Assembly (NCBI GenBank): GCA_951406725.2
Contig: OX597823.1
Coordinates: forward strand, 46,748,001 to 46,812,000
DNA from: Octopus vulgaris
Lineage: Eukaryota
DNA length: 64,000 bases
Direction of reading: 5' to 3'
Shown here: piece by piece, positions 41,540 through 55,350 of the stretch
How positions within the stretch are numbered: the stretch's first letter is position 1
Layout of the letters: each line of letters starts with the position of its first letter
Translations under genes and position numbers: made by a program
The notes under the pieces: generated by a model
The model's input: only the letters and a program-made list of their open reading frames with translations
Told to the model about the DNA's origin: nothing
The model's database searches: none

Positions 41540-42619
41540 TATCAACATGATTACTCTGTTATTGTAAAGGAAAATTATTTCCTATTCGTTTATATTTTCT
41601 GCGATTTATTGCTAACAATACACTTTCTTAAAAAGTAAATATTCACTGTGAATTTATTTGGAATAGTTCCTGTTTGTGATTGGAACTCCCTGGATTCTGT
41701 CACTACAAGATTTTAGTTAAGTGACATACGACGAGGTATTACTACCATGACTATGTTATGTTACGAATTCAGCAGGATACAGAGTGAGATTAATAACTCA
41801 GTAGGGAATAAAACAATGCAACATCACAATCACTTAAAATAACGATAAGATAACTTGCACTTCACACCAACCTTTAGGTGACCCGAAAACCAAACCTGTA
41901 GATTAAGCCATTTTGTCACAATATATTGGTAAAATTCATAAAAGAGATTCGATGTTGAAACTCAAGCCATCGAGGAAGGTGAAAGTAAACCGATCGATTA
42001 TTTGAAATTGAAGCTAATCTATAAATCTCTAGACCAACGTCACCAATATTATGACGTCATATTACCAATATGAATGAATTTTATATTTTATCGAGTGAAA
42101 AATGTCGAATATTTCAAAATTTCTTCTTTTATTGAAATGTGTTTTAAATGTACAAAATCAAATATGAATATGGACAACTTTCTTTCAATGTTGTTTAAGA
42201 GATAAACATGTCAGCTTTGGTTTGTAGCCGAGAAAATAACAGTTTGTGCGATCTCGGCTTCATCGGATGCTAAGAAATAACTGGTGTTTGTTTCCCTTTT
42301 GATTTTGGTGAGATATTAATTAAGGCCAGTTATTTATCAAAATATGACGAGAAGCAGATACATAACCATATCATTATTTGTTGCCCACAAACCCAAAACA
42401 TTCTATAACTTTTAACACAGAAGATATTTATAAAAGGTGTATTATTAAATGAATGTCTGCTTATAAATACGAAATATAAAATATGCAGGTTAAATAAATG
42501 TAGACATACATACATACATACATACATACATACATACATACATACATACATACATACATACATACATACATACACACAAACATATATACATGTGCGCGTG
42601 TATGTATGAGTTTGAATAA

Positions 42620-43140
42620 CATTGTGTGAGCGACGAGGACCATCTAGTCATGTTGGGGTTCGGCTTTAAGGATGTGTTCGCGACTTATCAGACCAAACCG
42701 TACCTAGAAGGATATCTGACAGTATGAACAGGGAAAGGTGGTGGTATTTGCAGATTTGCAAGGGCTGGTTTTCTGACCTACCTGGCTGCCTTACTCAGCT
42801 GCAGTAATCATGTATGCCCTTGCGGACATCTGAAGGGCAATTGCTCCCGTCCTGAGCAATCTGCTCCCATGTGACAAAGCTGGAGCTGAAACCCATAAGA
42901 GAAAGTTTTAAAATGCTTTTCAAGGGCTTTTTTTCTGGCCTCTCTGAAAGCGTTTGTCGTGTTCTAGTTCGATAACTACCATCTTCATGGGCTGAAGACG
43001 TTGCAAACCTCAGAGGACTTGTCAACAGTACGTTACATCTAATCCTCGGAGGCAGCATTGAGTTCAAGAATATCAACAAAGAAAAATCATTATAATGTCG
43101 GCCTTGTGTGAAGTCTCGTGAAGTTAAAGAGTGAGCCATT
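42620..43140 (-). mobile_element. RTE-clade LINE 3' fragment
   Basis: LKLSL...WEQIAQD...VRKG followed by degenerate C2H2-like CSYCQISF*VRFGLIS. Confidence 0.65.
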
Positions 43141-43254
43141 AGTAAAGTGTTTTCAAGTCGATACTAATAACTTTGTCTTTAATGTCATCGGGCAGTATGG
43201 CTGAAAACATCAAAAGGAATAGTGTGAGAACAATTTATAATATATATATATATA

Positions 43255-44471
43255 TCAGGTCATCCCATATGTTCTGTCCGAATTTTGAATAAAGAAATCA
43301 AGTGATCAAATGTTATATTTAATTGAAATTTAATCATCAATGTACTTTCCCTGATTATCTATGACTTCCTTCCATCTATTTGCAAGCTTTTTAATCCCAT
43401 CAATGTAAAACTCTTTTTGTTTCAAAGCAAAGAACTCTGAAATGTCAGTTTCGACCTCCTCCTGGCTTGCGAAAGTTATGTCCCCAAATGATTCTGTAAA
43501 CTACGAAACAAATAGTAGTCTGAAGGAGCAAGGTCGGGAGAATAAGGTGGATGAGGAATTTTTCCCAACCAAGCTCTTCGATCTACTGTGATGTGATCTT
43601 TGCAGTGTGGAGTCGTGCATTGTCTTGATGAAACATTACTCCTATTCGAGCCTTTTTGTCTTCAAAGCTTGGTTCAAACGCTCGAACTACTGACAGTAGA
43701 CTTGAGCATTGATTGTTGCATTAGGTACTAACAATTCAAAGTGAATTACTCCTTTGCAATCCCACCAGATAAAGAGAACATTTCACCCATGAAGTTCCCT
43801 TCTCGGTTGTGGTTGAGGTTTTTCCTTTTTACCAAGCCACTGTTTACGTCGTTTAACATTTCGATAGAAGATCCAGTTTTCATCATCAGCCACAAGTCTA
43901 TCCAAAAAGGGTGAAATGAGTTCATGCGAGAATGGAGAGAAGAGCAGATGTCAACTCGGTATTTGCGGTTGCTTTCGGACAATTCATGAGGCACCCATTT
44001 TCCAAGTTAGGAAACTTTTCCAAGTTGTTGAAGATGACGATGAACAGTTGTATGGTTTGAACTAAGATTTATTGCAAATTCTTCAACTGATAATGCAGGA
44101 TTTTCTTCAAGTAATGCCTCAAGGATCTTATCATCAAACTCAACTGGACGTCCTATTTGATCTTCAAGGCTGAAATCTCCACTTCTGAATTTTGCAAACC
44201 ATCTTCTGCAAGTTCTTTCATTCAAGCATTCTTTCCCATAAACTGAGTGTATGTTTCGAGTTGTTTCGGCTGCAGAGTTTCCTTTTTTTTGTGCTCATAA
44301 AGCATTATGTGCCTCAAATGCTCTTTGGCTACTTCCATGTTAGAAAGGGTTTTAATCAAAGAAATTTAAAATTCTATTATTCTGTAAAATAACATTATTC
44401 TGTAAATAATATTATTCTGTAAAATATTACCAACAAAAGTAAAATCGGAAATAACTTATGGGATGACCTGA
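43255..44471 (-). mobile_element. Near full-length decayed mariner transposon
   Basis: TIRs tcaggtcatcccata / tatgggatgacctga with TA flanks; ERTCRRWFAKFRSG, GKWVPHEL, HPPYSPDLAPSD; stops and frameshifts. Confidence 0.95.
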
Positions 44472-44564
44472 TAAGTATATTTAAATATATATGTACACAT
44501 ATATTTGTGTATAGATCTCTCTATATATCTATCTGAATATATATGAGTATATATATATATATAC

Positions 44565-44596
<32 letters not shown>

Positions 44597-45365
44597 ATGT
44601 ATAAATATATGTATGTATATATGTATATATATATACCAAATCCACTCACAAGGCTTTGGGTCGGCCCGAGGCTATAGTAGAAGACACTTGCCCAAGGTGC
44701 CACGCAGTGGGACTGAACCCGGAGCCATGTGGTTCGTAAGCCACTCTTACGCATATATATATATTTTTCTAGACTTCTTACACTTTCTATTTACCACATC
44801 CACTCACAAGTCTTTTGTCGGCCCCATGCTATAGTAGAAGACACTTTCTCAAGTTGCCATGCAGTGGTACTTTGTGGTTTGGAACCATTATACATTGGTT
44901 TCAAATTGTGGCACAAGGCCAGCTATTTTCAAAAGATAGAGTAAGTCAGTTATATCTGCCCCCGGTACTGAACTAGTTCTTTTTTTCATCGGCCCCGATA
45001 GGTTGCAAGGCAAAGACAACTTCGGCAGCATTTGAACTCAGAATGTTAAGTCGGAACACATGCCGCTAAGAGTTTGCTTGGCGTGCTAACGATTCTGCCA
45101 GCTCGCCGCTTTCATGTTATATGTTACGCACACACATATACAATAGATGGACTCATATACATACATATACTTACGCACAATTGTGTGTGTGTGTCTCTCT
45201 CACTCTGTACACCAAACTTGAATATATTAGCCATGGATTATACTTTATCAGTATGCCTGTATGCATCACTGTGTAAAAAGCCGCATACGCTCATGTCTGC
45301 GCTTGAATTTATATACGCATCCCCAGCATACCCACGCCCACATACACACATGCACACACACATGA

Positions 45366-45408
<43 letters not shown>

Positions 45409-45661
45409 TAGATAGATAGATAGACAGATAGATATAGATATAGATAGGTTGATAGGTAGATGATAGATAGATAGATAGATACTCACTCACACACACACGC
45501 GCACACACACGCGCACACACACATATATGTATATATATATATATAAACGCACATATATATATACATATATATACACCTATGCGTATATATAAATATATAT
45601 ATATGTATGCATACTACGTATGTACACACACACACACACACGCACATACACATATATATGC

Positions 45662-45709
<48 letters not shown>

Positions 45710-46072
45710 TTAGTATATATAAATATATTTAGTATGTATGTGTATTAATACACACATACATATACATACACACATACATACACATATATATGAATTGCTT
45801 CTTTTTGAAACTCTGTGTGTTGTGGTGGGAATAAAAATAAAGCAAACCATCCCTGCTGAGGGAGACACCATTTTTTTTGCCTTTGATCTCAATTGATTAC
45901 GTATTAAGCGCTCTCTTGTGAAATGTAATACATGAAAATATCACTGATTGATATCTGCTGTGCTTTTCTTTTCATAGACACTCGCGCTCGCGCACCGCAC
46001 CACTACTCATACACATAGACTCACACGCTGACACGTACTCACGTACTAATATTTTTATTACGCGCGTGTATA

Positions 46073-46116
<44 letters not shown>

Positions 46117-46402
46117 TGTGTGTGTGTGCATCAATTACGGTGACCATCTGTATGCGTGTGTGTATGTATGTGTGAGCATATACGTTGGTAATGTATAGGT
46201 TGGAACAGGAGAGAGGCGGAAATAAAGGAAAAGATAAAGAGATAAAGGGCGAATATGAATGATGATCGTGGGGATAGGTAAGAGGGGGGTATGGTGTGGA
46301 TTAAAGGTGATATGATGTGTGTACATGTATGTACATACACACGTGTATAGATACATACATATATACATATAGATATATTATTAGGTACACACACATATAT
46401 AT

Positions 46403-46445
<43 letters not shown>

Positions 46446-46676
46446 TGTGTACATTGTCCTATATAACTGCACGAATAAACGAATACATAACTATATACAT
46501 ATATACACATATTTATGTGCATAACATCAAGTAGTTCTATTATACATACATAGATACACACATATATATTAAACATTTTAATATATGTATACACACGCAC
46601 GCATATATACACATATATGCATACCTAATATTACGCACAAACACATACACACACTCACGCACACATGTATATATAC

Positions 46677-46711
<35 letters not shown>

Positions 46712-47585
46712 TGTATGTATGTATGTATGCATGTATATATGTGATATTGGTTTCAGATTTTGGGAAGATGTTTAAGTCGAACTCATCGACCCCACTACTC
46801 ACATGGTACTTATTTTATCGAACCCGAAAGGATGAGAAACATAGTTGATCTTGACCGAATTTGAACTCTGGGCGTAATGACGGAAGAAATGCCGCTAAGC
46901 CCTTTGTCCATCGCAGTAACGATGCTACACGCTTGCTTATATATATATATATAAAGAGATAATGGTGTCATTGAGACCCAAAGGTGTCAGGTAATGCTGA
47001 ATAAGTGCTATAGACAGACCAGAGTTTAAGTTCCAGATTCGGTAATTTGGCGAATAAGGGGTTCAACGTTGGTTCTATGTTAGCGTGTGTATATAAGAAT
47101 TTTTTGTGTAATAAGATAAAAAAAACAAGGCTGTGTAGATATTAGAGCATTTATAGATAGAAGGTCTTACGGCTGTTTCTAGGATATTTATTTATTATAT
47201 CGCTTCAGCGGAGACGGTGTGAGAAAATGGTTAAGTCATAATTAGTTTAGATGTGATACAAGTAGAGAGTGAGGTGGAGGAAAGAAAATGATGCAAGATA
47301 TGTATGGATATTGAAGTTGTAAATCCATTTTTTAGGCATAATGATATATATGCAATATTCCAATATCCTATGAATAAAATCCAAAAGTCCAACAGAGTTT
47401 AAAATGGGTCCTACCAAATATCGAGTTTATAAGCAATGTAAGATTCCCTTATGAGTGAGATCCACCAGATTTTTAAACTTGGTCATTCCCAGTAGAGAAT
47501 TTATATATATATATATGTATATTAGAAGAAATATAATACCTGTAATACTTCTAATATATAATACCTGTACATCATCTCCAAACCT

Positions 47586-47645
<60 letters not shown>

Positions 47646-47910
47646 GGTTTCAAATTTTGGCACGTAAGTTGTGCACATATTGATAGATGTGCGTGTGTGT
47701 GTGTGCGCGCGCGCGTGCGTGTGTGTGTGTGTGTATGTGTGTATGTGTGTGTGTGTCCGTCCGGTGATTTGGCTAAGCGTTAGCGTCTGAGGAAATGCCT
47801 TGTGTTGCATATTCTAGTTAGTGGCATTCTGATTTTAAGTGTTGCTTAGGTTCAATTGCGCCTCTAATCCTTCCGTGGTTAAAAGAACTATTTAATGTGA
47901 TGACCGAACT

Positions 47911-48087
47911 ACAGTAACCCCTAGATTATCGCGGGTGTTACGTTCCAAAAACCAACGCAAAGTAGAAACAGTACTGTGTATTTATTTTTATTATTTTTAT
48001 GATGTGTACATTTATTTTACTAGGAATCGACGTAAGCTTAAATAATAAACCGTGATAAGTCAACCGCGATATGGCGAGGGATATCTA
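47911..48087. mobile_element. pogo/Tigger-like MITE remnant
   Basis: ta-cagtaacccctagattatcgcgg versus ccgcgatatggcgagggat imperfect inverted termini. Confidence 0.5.
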
Positions 48088-48480
48088 CAACCGTGTTTGC
48101 CTTCTAGTTCGAAATCCTACCACGGACAATTGAATGGAATACTTAATCAGCGACCCACTTGGGTATAGGCTGTCTTTAGCGAAGACCGTTCTGTTAGAAA
48201 TATACGATACAGTGCTCGAGGAAACGTGTTCTATGCACCGCCACAAGTTTTTTTAAATTTGTTCTGAACCTTTTAATTGTAAACATATTTTGCTCTCTGA
48301 ACAGATTAAATATTTCTCTCAGTGTAATTTTTAACGAATTGTAAAGGAAAAAAAACAAACATTGTATACATCGCATTCTTATGACGAATCAAAGATTTTT
48401 TTCCAAGTTGAACAATCTCAAAAGTGAAACATGAAGTCGCAATCAACTGAAACCTCACAAGATATATACAGTACATGGAA

Positions 48481-48578
<98 letters not shown>

Positions 48579-48705
48579 GTATATATATATAATTATATAT
48601 CCTTTAAGTTCGTTTCAGGGAAACGTTTTTGAATATGCATGTACAAGCTCCTATTTTATTATGCCGATTTAATGTAGGATAAATATAGTAATAATAATTG
48701 AATAA

Positions 48706-48758
<53 letters not shown>

Positions 48759-48854
48759 ATAATAATAATCCATGGATTATTGTTACGATCTAAAACACGT
48801 GATTTGTAGAAACACATAGCGATGCATTAAAATATTTATAAATTCCATCCATGG

Positions 48855-48918
<64 letters not shown>

Positions 48919-49784
48919 GGCGTGGCTGTGTGGTAAGGAGTTTGCTTTCCACCATATGGTTCCGAGTTCAGTCCCACAGCATGGTACCTCGGGCGAGTGC
49001 CTTCCCTTATAGCCTTGGGCTAGCTAAACCTTTGAGTGGATGTGATAGACGGAAACTGAAAGGTCATTGTATATATGCGAGCTCGCCTTAGATAGATAGA
49101 TAGTTGATACATGTACGTTTGTACGTGTGTATATGAGTATACACACGTGTGAGTGTGTGTATTTTTGTATATATTCATGCATTTCTATGTGTTTATATAA
49201 GCATACATGTATATATGTGTGGGTATATATGTGGGTGTGCCCATCACGATGTGTGCCACCAAATCATCTGCAATGTGGTGATGTATAAACCCCTCCTATC
49301 CTGCTGTCTTTGCCCACTTATCTAGACGAGTTTTAAAAACGATGGCGGCTACTTCCAATTACATCTGCAGTTAGAAGAAGATTTGCATAAAAGTGGTGCT
49401 AAAGTGCTCACTTAGCTGGAACAGCAGCCGTAACAACGACAATAACAACAGCAAAGAAAACAATAATAATAAAAACAACAGCAAAAACAAGTGAAACAAC
49501 AACAACAACAACAACAATGATAAACGACAAAACAGAGGCATCATAACAAAAAAAAAATCAGTTAATATTAACACCTACGTACAAGCACAAACATTGCCTA
49601 CCGGGAAATATTTAAATGGAAGAATCTCCGCCAATTCTTTACGAATTACCTCGAATATTCGGTTCCTGAATATGGAAAAGGTATTACGTGAAATAGAACA
49701 GTAGCAGAATAGTAAATATATATACACACACCAACACCATGTCCAAAGATTTCATTTAGGAGCAGGCAAAGAGAAAACCAATTT

Positions 49785-50258
49785 ACCTTCACTTCAAAAG
49801 TGGATGTTCTGTTAGAACAAACTATACTGCGGTAGACGCCTTGAGAGAAACTCTCATATGGGCTTTTGGTGCAAAATTCACTCTTGTTTATATAGCTATC
49901 GGGGAGATAAATCCCTGCCGTCTCCAATGCCATGAAAAATCAGCTCACGTGATTTCCACCTTCCTTGGTCTTGGCAATGATAGATGCACGACCGGTTGAG
50001 AAGTCAGCGATTGATCTCCCCACCAGTGATATATAGGAAAACAGCGCCACTGGAGGCGCCGGTGTCGCGATGAGCCAGTGAGCTTGAGACCAAGGAAGGT
50101 TGAAATCACGTAATCTGGTGGTTTCGGCGCTGGAAATGGTAGGGCTAGCGATATAAACAAGGGAGAATTTTACACCAAAAGCTAATATGAGAATTTCCCT
50201 CGCGACGTCTATTGCAGTGTAGTTTGTTCTAATAGAGCATCCACATTTAAGTAGGCAT
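49785..50258. repeat. Fold-back element (arms ~49785-49975 and ~50085-50258)
   Basis: gtggatgttctgttagaacaaacta...cttttggtgcaaaatt...acgtgatttccaccttccttggtct is the reverse complement of agaccaaggaaggttgaaatcacgt...aattttacaccaaaag...tagtttgttctaatagagcatccac. Confidence 0.85.
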
Positions 50259-50321
50259 AAATATTACCTCTTGGTATTAAACTCCCTCTGTCGCTAATAC
50301 ACCCACACACACACAGAGCTT

Positions 50322-50705
50322 AGGCGCAAGAGTGGGTGTGTAGTAAGAAGCCTGTTTACCAACCACATGGTCCAGGGTACCCACTACGAGGTACCTTGGG
50401 CAAGTGTCTTCTACTATGGCCTTGGGCCGACCAATGCCTTGAGAGTCGATTTGGTAGACGGAAGCTGATATAAGCTCGTCGTATATATATATATAATGTT
50501 TGTGTGTACGCATGTATTCACGTGTCTGTCTTTGTACCCCCACGATCGCTCGATGTTGGTGTGTTTATATCCTCGTAACTTAGCGGTTCGGCAAAAGTGC
50601 TCGCTAGAATAAGTACTAGGCTTACAAGGAATAAGTCCTGGGGTCGGTTTGTTCAACTAAAGGCGGTACTTCAGTATGGCCGCAGTCAAATAACTAGAAC
50701 AAATT
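50322..50705 (+). mobile_element. SINE family A, full length
   Basis: Head, ccttgggcaagtgtctt block, internal (TA)n/(TG)n, 3' module. Confidence 0.85.
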
Positions 50706-50732
50706 ACAGATTATATATTTCTTATACACACA

Positions 50733-50795
<63 letters not shown>

Positions 50796-50809
50796 TTATA
50801 TTGTCTTTT

Positions 50810-51195
50810 ATTTCTTACTTGTTTCAGTCACTTGATTGCAGCCAAATTAACCTTAGGACATATTGATTTTAAGCCTAGCACTTATTCCATCGGTCACTTT
50901 TGTTCACTCGCTATGTAACGCGAACGTAAACACGCTCACACCTGTTGTCAAGCGGTGGTGGGAAACAAACACAGACACAAAGGCACACAAACACACATAT
51001 ACATAAATGCATACATACATATACATATACACACACACACACATATATATATATACGACGGGCTTCTTTCCGTTTCCATCTAGCAAATCCATTCACAAGG
51101 ATTCAGTACTTATTCTGCCTGTCCCTTTGCCGAACCACTAAGTTTTACGGGAGCGCAAACACGCCGGCATCGGTTGTTAAGCGATGGCAGACACG

Positions 51196-51240
<45 letters not shown>

Positions 51241-51390
51241 ACACACACACACATATATATATACGACGGGCCTCTTTCAGTTTCCGTCTACCAAATCTAC
51301 TCACAAGCTTTGCCCGGCCTGAGGCTGCAACTGAACCCGGAACCATATAGTTGGGATGCAAGCTTCTTACCACACCGCCACGCCTGCATA
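50810..51390 (-). mobile_element. Two SINE family A copies
   Basis: Reverse-complement matches to family A at ~50810-51100 and ~51100-51390. Confidence 0.75.
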
Positions 51391-51998
51391 TAATTCAACT
51401 TTGTTTCACAGAAAGAAGAGGGTCTTCTACTATACTGTCAAGAGACAAAATAACAGAAGCACTTATCTTCTATAATCTTCTGTGGAAGATCATTTCACTT
51501 ACAGAGCGGAGCAACAGAATGAAGAAAAAACATCAGAGACACGCTCAGATTATTTGATAAACAGCTGCATGTAGGTTTATGCTGCAATATATCCGACACA
51601 ACGTAATACAAATAATACAAAGGTTACAATAAGGAACATAGCAAGAACATTGTCGCCTTTGTAAGGGTGACATCGGAAAATATGTACGAGTATATTTATT
51701 TTGGCTTAGGGTGCTGTCATATGCCTTAGGGTGCTGTCATTCGTTTGTCGCTTATATCACATTACACACATATGTACGCACATATATATGTGTATGTGTG
51801 TGTGTGTGTATGTGTACATGAATAAATAATATATATATTCATATATGTATATATCATCCCTCTCTATCTCCTCTTCATTTATACACACACACACATGCAT
51901 AACGGAAACATATATACACATACAACGTGCGGAGTATCAATTGCAGTAAACATATCTAAAATAAAACAGAATGCGTTATAGAATGGATGATGAGGTGT

Positions 51999-52029
<31 letters not shown>

Positions 52030-52070
52030 CATACACACACATATATATATATATACATATACATACACAC

Positions 52071-52105
<35 letters not shown>

Positions 52106-52320
52106 CACACGTATATATATATATATATATATATATACATACACACATATATATATATATATATATACATACACACATATATATATATATATAAATATAT
52201 ATATATATACATAAACACACACATATATATACATACATATATATACATATATATATATAATATATATATACATATATATACATATATATATAAATATATA
52301 TATATACATATATATATAAC

Positions 52321-52352
<32 letters not shown>

Positions 52353-53016
52353 AAACAGAAACAGAGAGAGATGAATGTATAATTTATATGTGTATATTGT
52401 AATTGCATGTATATATATATATATATTATATATATATATGTATGTATGTATGTAAGCATGTGTACGAGAATGAATATGTGTGTATATATGTCCACGTATA
52501 TATACGTATGTATATATATATATATAGATACACCCACGCATGCAGATATGTGTGCATGTGTCTATATGAATTATGTGGGACAAGCTACAAAATATGAGAG
52601 AGAAAGAGAGAAATGCGAAGAGAAGGACAATTACGTACAGAATTGACAAAAAAAAAAAAAACGTACGTATGAAGAACACCAGGAATTTTCTCTGCAATAT
52701 CACTTCAGGATGTGTGATGATTATAATAATAATAATAGTGTTTTATGTAATAACAATGATACTATAATGAACATAATGATAATAATGATAGGTAAAAACA
52801 CTCAAGATCTGCGTGAAGCAAAATCTTTAAAATTAGCTGAATAGGTCTCTAGATTAAACTAGTTTGTCTTTTGTGTTGGTATCGGCGTGTACTTGTGGGT
52901 TTTTCTGTGTGCTGGTGTGTATGTGTGTACATGTGTATTTATGTGTGTGTGTGTGTGTTTTTACATCTATATTTATTAGTGTGTTGGTTATACGTGTGTG
53001 TTTGTACGAGCGCAAA

Positions 53017-53067
<51 letters not shown>

Positions 53068-53392
53068 ATGTGTGTGTGGTTGTGTGTGTATACAAGGGTG
53101 TTTGTAGTACTTTGAACAAGAGACTAATTTTAAAATTAAAGATTGTCCATTGTTCACATCGCACGTCTGAAATTGTTAAATACTGGTATTGGTGTTGATG
53201 ATGATGATGATGATGATGGTGATGATGGTGATGATGGTGATGGTATGATCATGAGAAGGCAGCGGGGTAGAGAAAGATAATGTAACTGGCGACACATGTC
53301 AGAGATCGGTTAAAATGCACCTTACGTCCTTTTTTCTACGAGGCGACATACATCCCCCACACACATATGTATACATGTCCAAGCGTGTATAA

Positions 53393-53437
<45 letters not shown>

Positions 53438-53454
53438 TACATACATGTATATAT

Positions 53455-53815
53455 AGGAGTGACTGTGTGGTAAGTAGATAGCTTACGAACCACATGGTTC
53501 CGGGCAAGTGTCTTCTCCTATAGCCTCGGACCGACCAAAGCCTTGTGAGTGGATTTGGGAGACGGAAACTGAAAGAAGCCCGTCGTATATATGCATATGT
53601 GTGTGTATATGTTTGTGTGTCTGTATTTGTTACCCCAACATCGCTTGACAACCGATGCTGGTGTGTTTACGCCCCCCTAACTTAGCGGTTCGGTAAAAGA
53701 GACCAATAGAATAAGCACTAGGCTTACAAAGAAGAGGTGCTGGGGTTGATTTGCTCGACTAAAGGCGGTGCTCCAGCATGGCCTCAGTCAAATGATTGAA
53801 ACAAGTAAAAGAGTA
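53455..53815 (+). mobile_element. SINE family A, near full length
   Basis: ggagtgactgtgtggtaag head through gaaacaagtaaaagag tail. Confidence 0.9.
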
Positions 53816-54099
53816 TGTAAGAAGTACAAATTTAAAAAAAAGTACTGGGTAGATTTGTTCGACTAAATTCTTCAAGGCGGTGCTACAGGATGGCCAATGT
53901 CTAATGACTGAAGCAAGGAATAAATGAAAGATAAAAGCATAGTAATGTTGACGTGAGTGTGTGTATATATAGTGATCTATCCTTCTGGGTAAAGAAAGCA
54001 TAATGAATTTGGACTGTTCATTCTCCAGAAATGGAGAAGAAATCTGCAATTTTATAAAATTTTTTCTTTTAAACAAAAAAATTTCTAGTTTCAAATTGA

Positions 54100-54400
54100 A
54101 GACTTATGATTATAAAGGGACGACGGTCTTATTCTAACATGTAACAAAAGTGAACTGCCTTAAGAACGACCTAATTAATACATCCATAAGCTTTGACCTC
54201 AAAATTAAAATTAGTATCAATACTGGCGTAGTAAATTTCTTAGATATTACTATGAACCTAAATTTAGGATCCTACAGCCTCTTTAGAAAACTTAATGAGA
54301 TCCTACATTAATAAAAATCCTAATCATTCACACAGAATTATCAAGCAGTTACCAATAAATCCTAGGAAACTTTCGACCGTGCCGCTAAATTTCACAATTT
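54100..54400 (+). mobile_element. Penelope-like RT C-terminal fragment
   Basis: RDDGL, VVNFLDITMNLNLGSYSLFRK, YINKNPNHSHRIIKQLP. Confidence 0.7.
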
Positions 54401-54401
54401 C

Positions 54402-54711
54402 ACTATCTAGCAAAATTTCTACTACACCGTTTGTAAAATCATAATAAGCAAACAAATCAGCTAATGATTCTGTCATAAGAGGGCGCTATCAGAGTCAGTT
54501 GAATACCTTCTGCACATGAAAAGGTTCTTTTCTCCAGAATGTTTCTACTCCCATACAAAAATGAGTTAAGACGACCAGTAAACTCTACGGATGTATTATA
54601 GAAACTCTTTCGAGGAGGAAAAGAAACTCAAAGTGTTGGATATAATTACTAATGAACGTTTTCATTATCTTAAAATACTGGAAAGGATAGCGAGAGGTTG
54701 AACTTTAGCAA
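54402..54711 (-). repeat. 310-bp inverted copy of 59666-59975
   Basis: Ungapped reverse-complement match; I counted 7 mismatches. Confidence 0.95.
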
Positions 54712-54714
54712 ATG

Positions 54715-54896
54715 ATAAGATACATCGCTCGGCTTGGAAATACTAATATTAAGAAAACCAGGATAATTGACCTATGGTACCGCTGCAGTAAGTGTGTGAA
54801 TCTGAGAGGAGAATATGTTGAATATAATCATAATTAACTGATCCTCCTGTATTTTCTTTTATTCAAAGCCAGGAACTTTTCAGCACCCACCTCGTA
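54715..54896 (+). mobile_element. mariner 3' end fragment
   Basis: YRCSKCVNLRGEYVE C-terminal motif and TIR caggaacttttcagcacccacctcg-ta. Confidence 0.7.
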
Positions 54897-55270
54897 CAGA
54901 CAGTACATATACGAGCGTGGGCAAAAATGTTCTACTTTCGTTTTACACCTAACCACCTACCTTCCACAACTACCTCTTCCGATAGTGAATATGATTACGT
55001 GCATGTATATGCATACCTGTATATGTATACATAAGTATACATAAATCTATGAACAACATAGGCTCATAGTTTTAAAACAAGTGCAGGGAAGATCCTGAGT
55101 GGTCACCCTCCATGCTAATAATAGCAGCCAACTTATCGGATAGAATGTTTTCCTAATACGGAATCCTAACGGAGTGGGCGCCTTGATCATTGCTCACTAA
55201 ATAGCATTAACAGTATTTACACAAATAACAGTTGTGGTTTGTGCATTTGTGTATGTATGAGTGTATGTGT

Positions 55271-55350
<80 letters not shown>

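Noticed and set aside
47160-47215. Hammerhead-like ctgaagcg...gaaacagccgta (minus strand); also ctgaagag at ~22879
   Set aside because: Core broken (A9 changed, or GAAA missing) and stems poor
50042-50062. CTCF-like motif gcgccactggaggcgcc
   Set aside because: Spacing is one base off the consensus; unsupported without ChIP data
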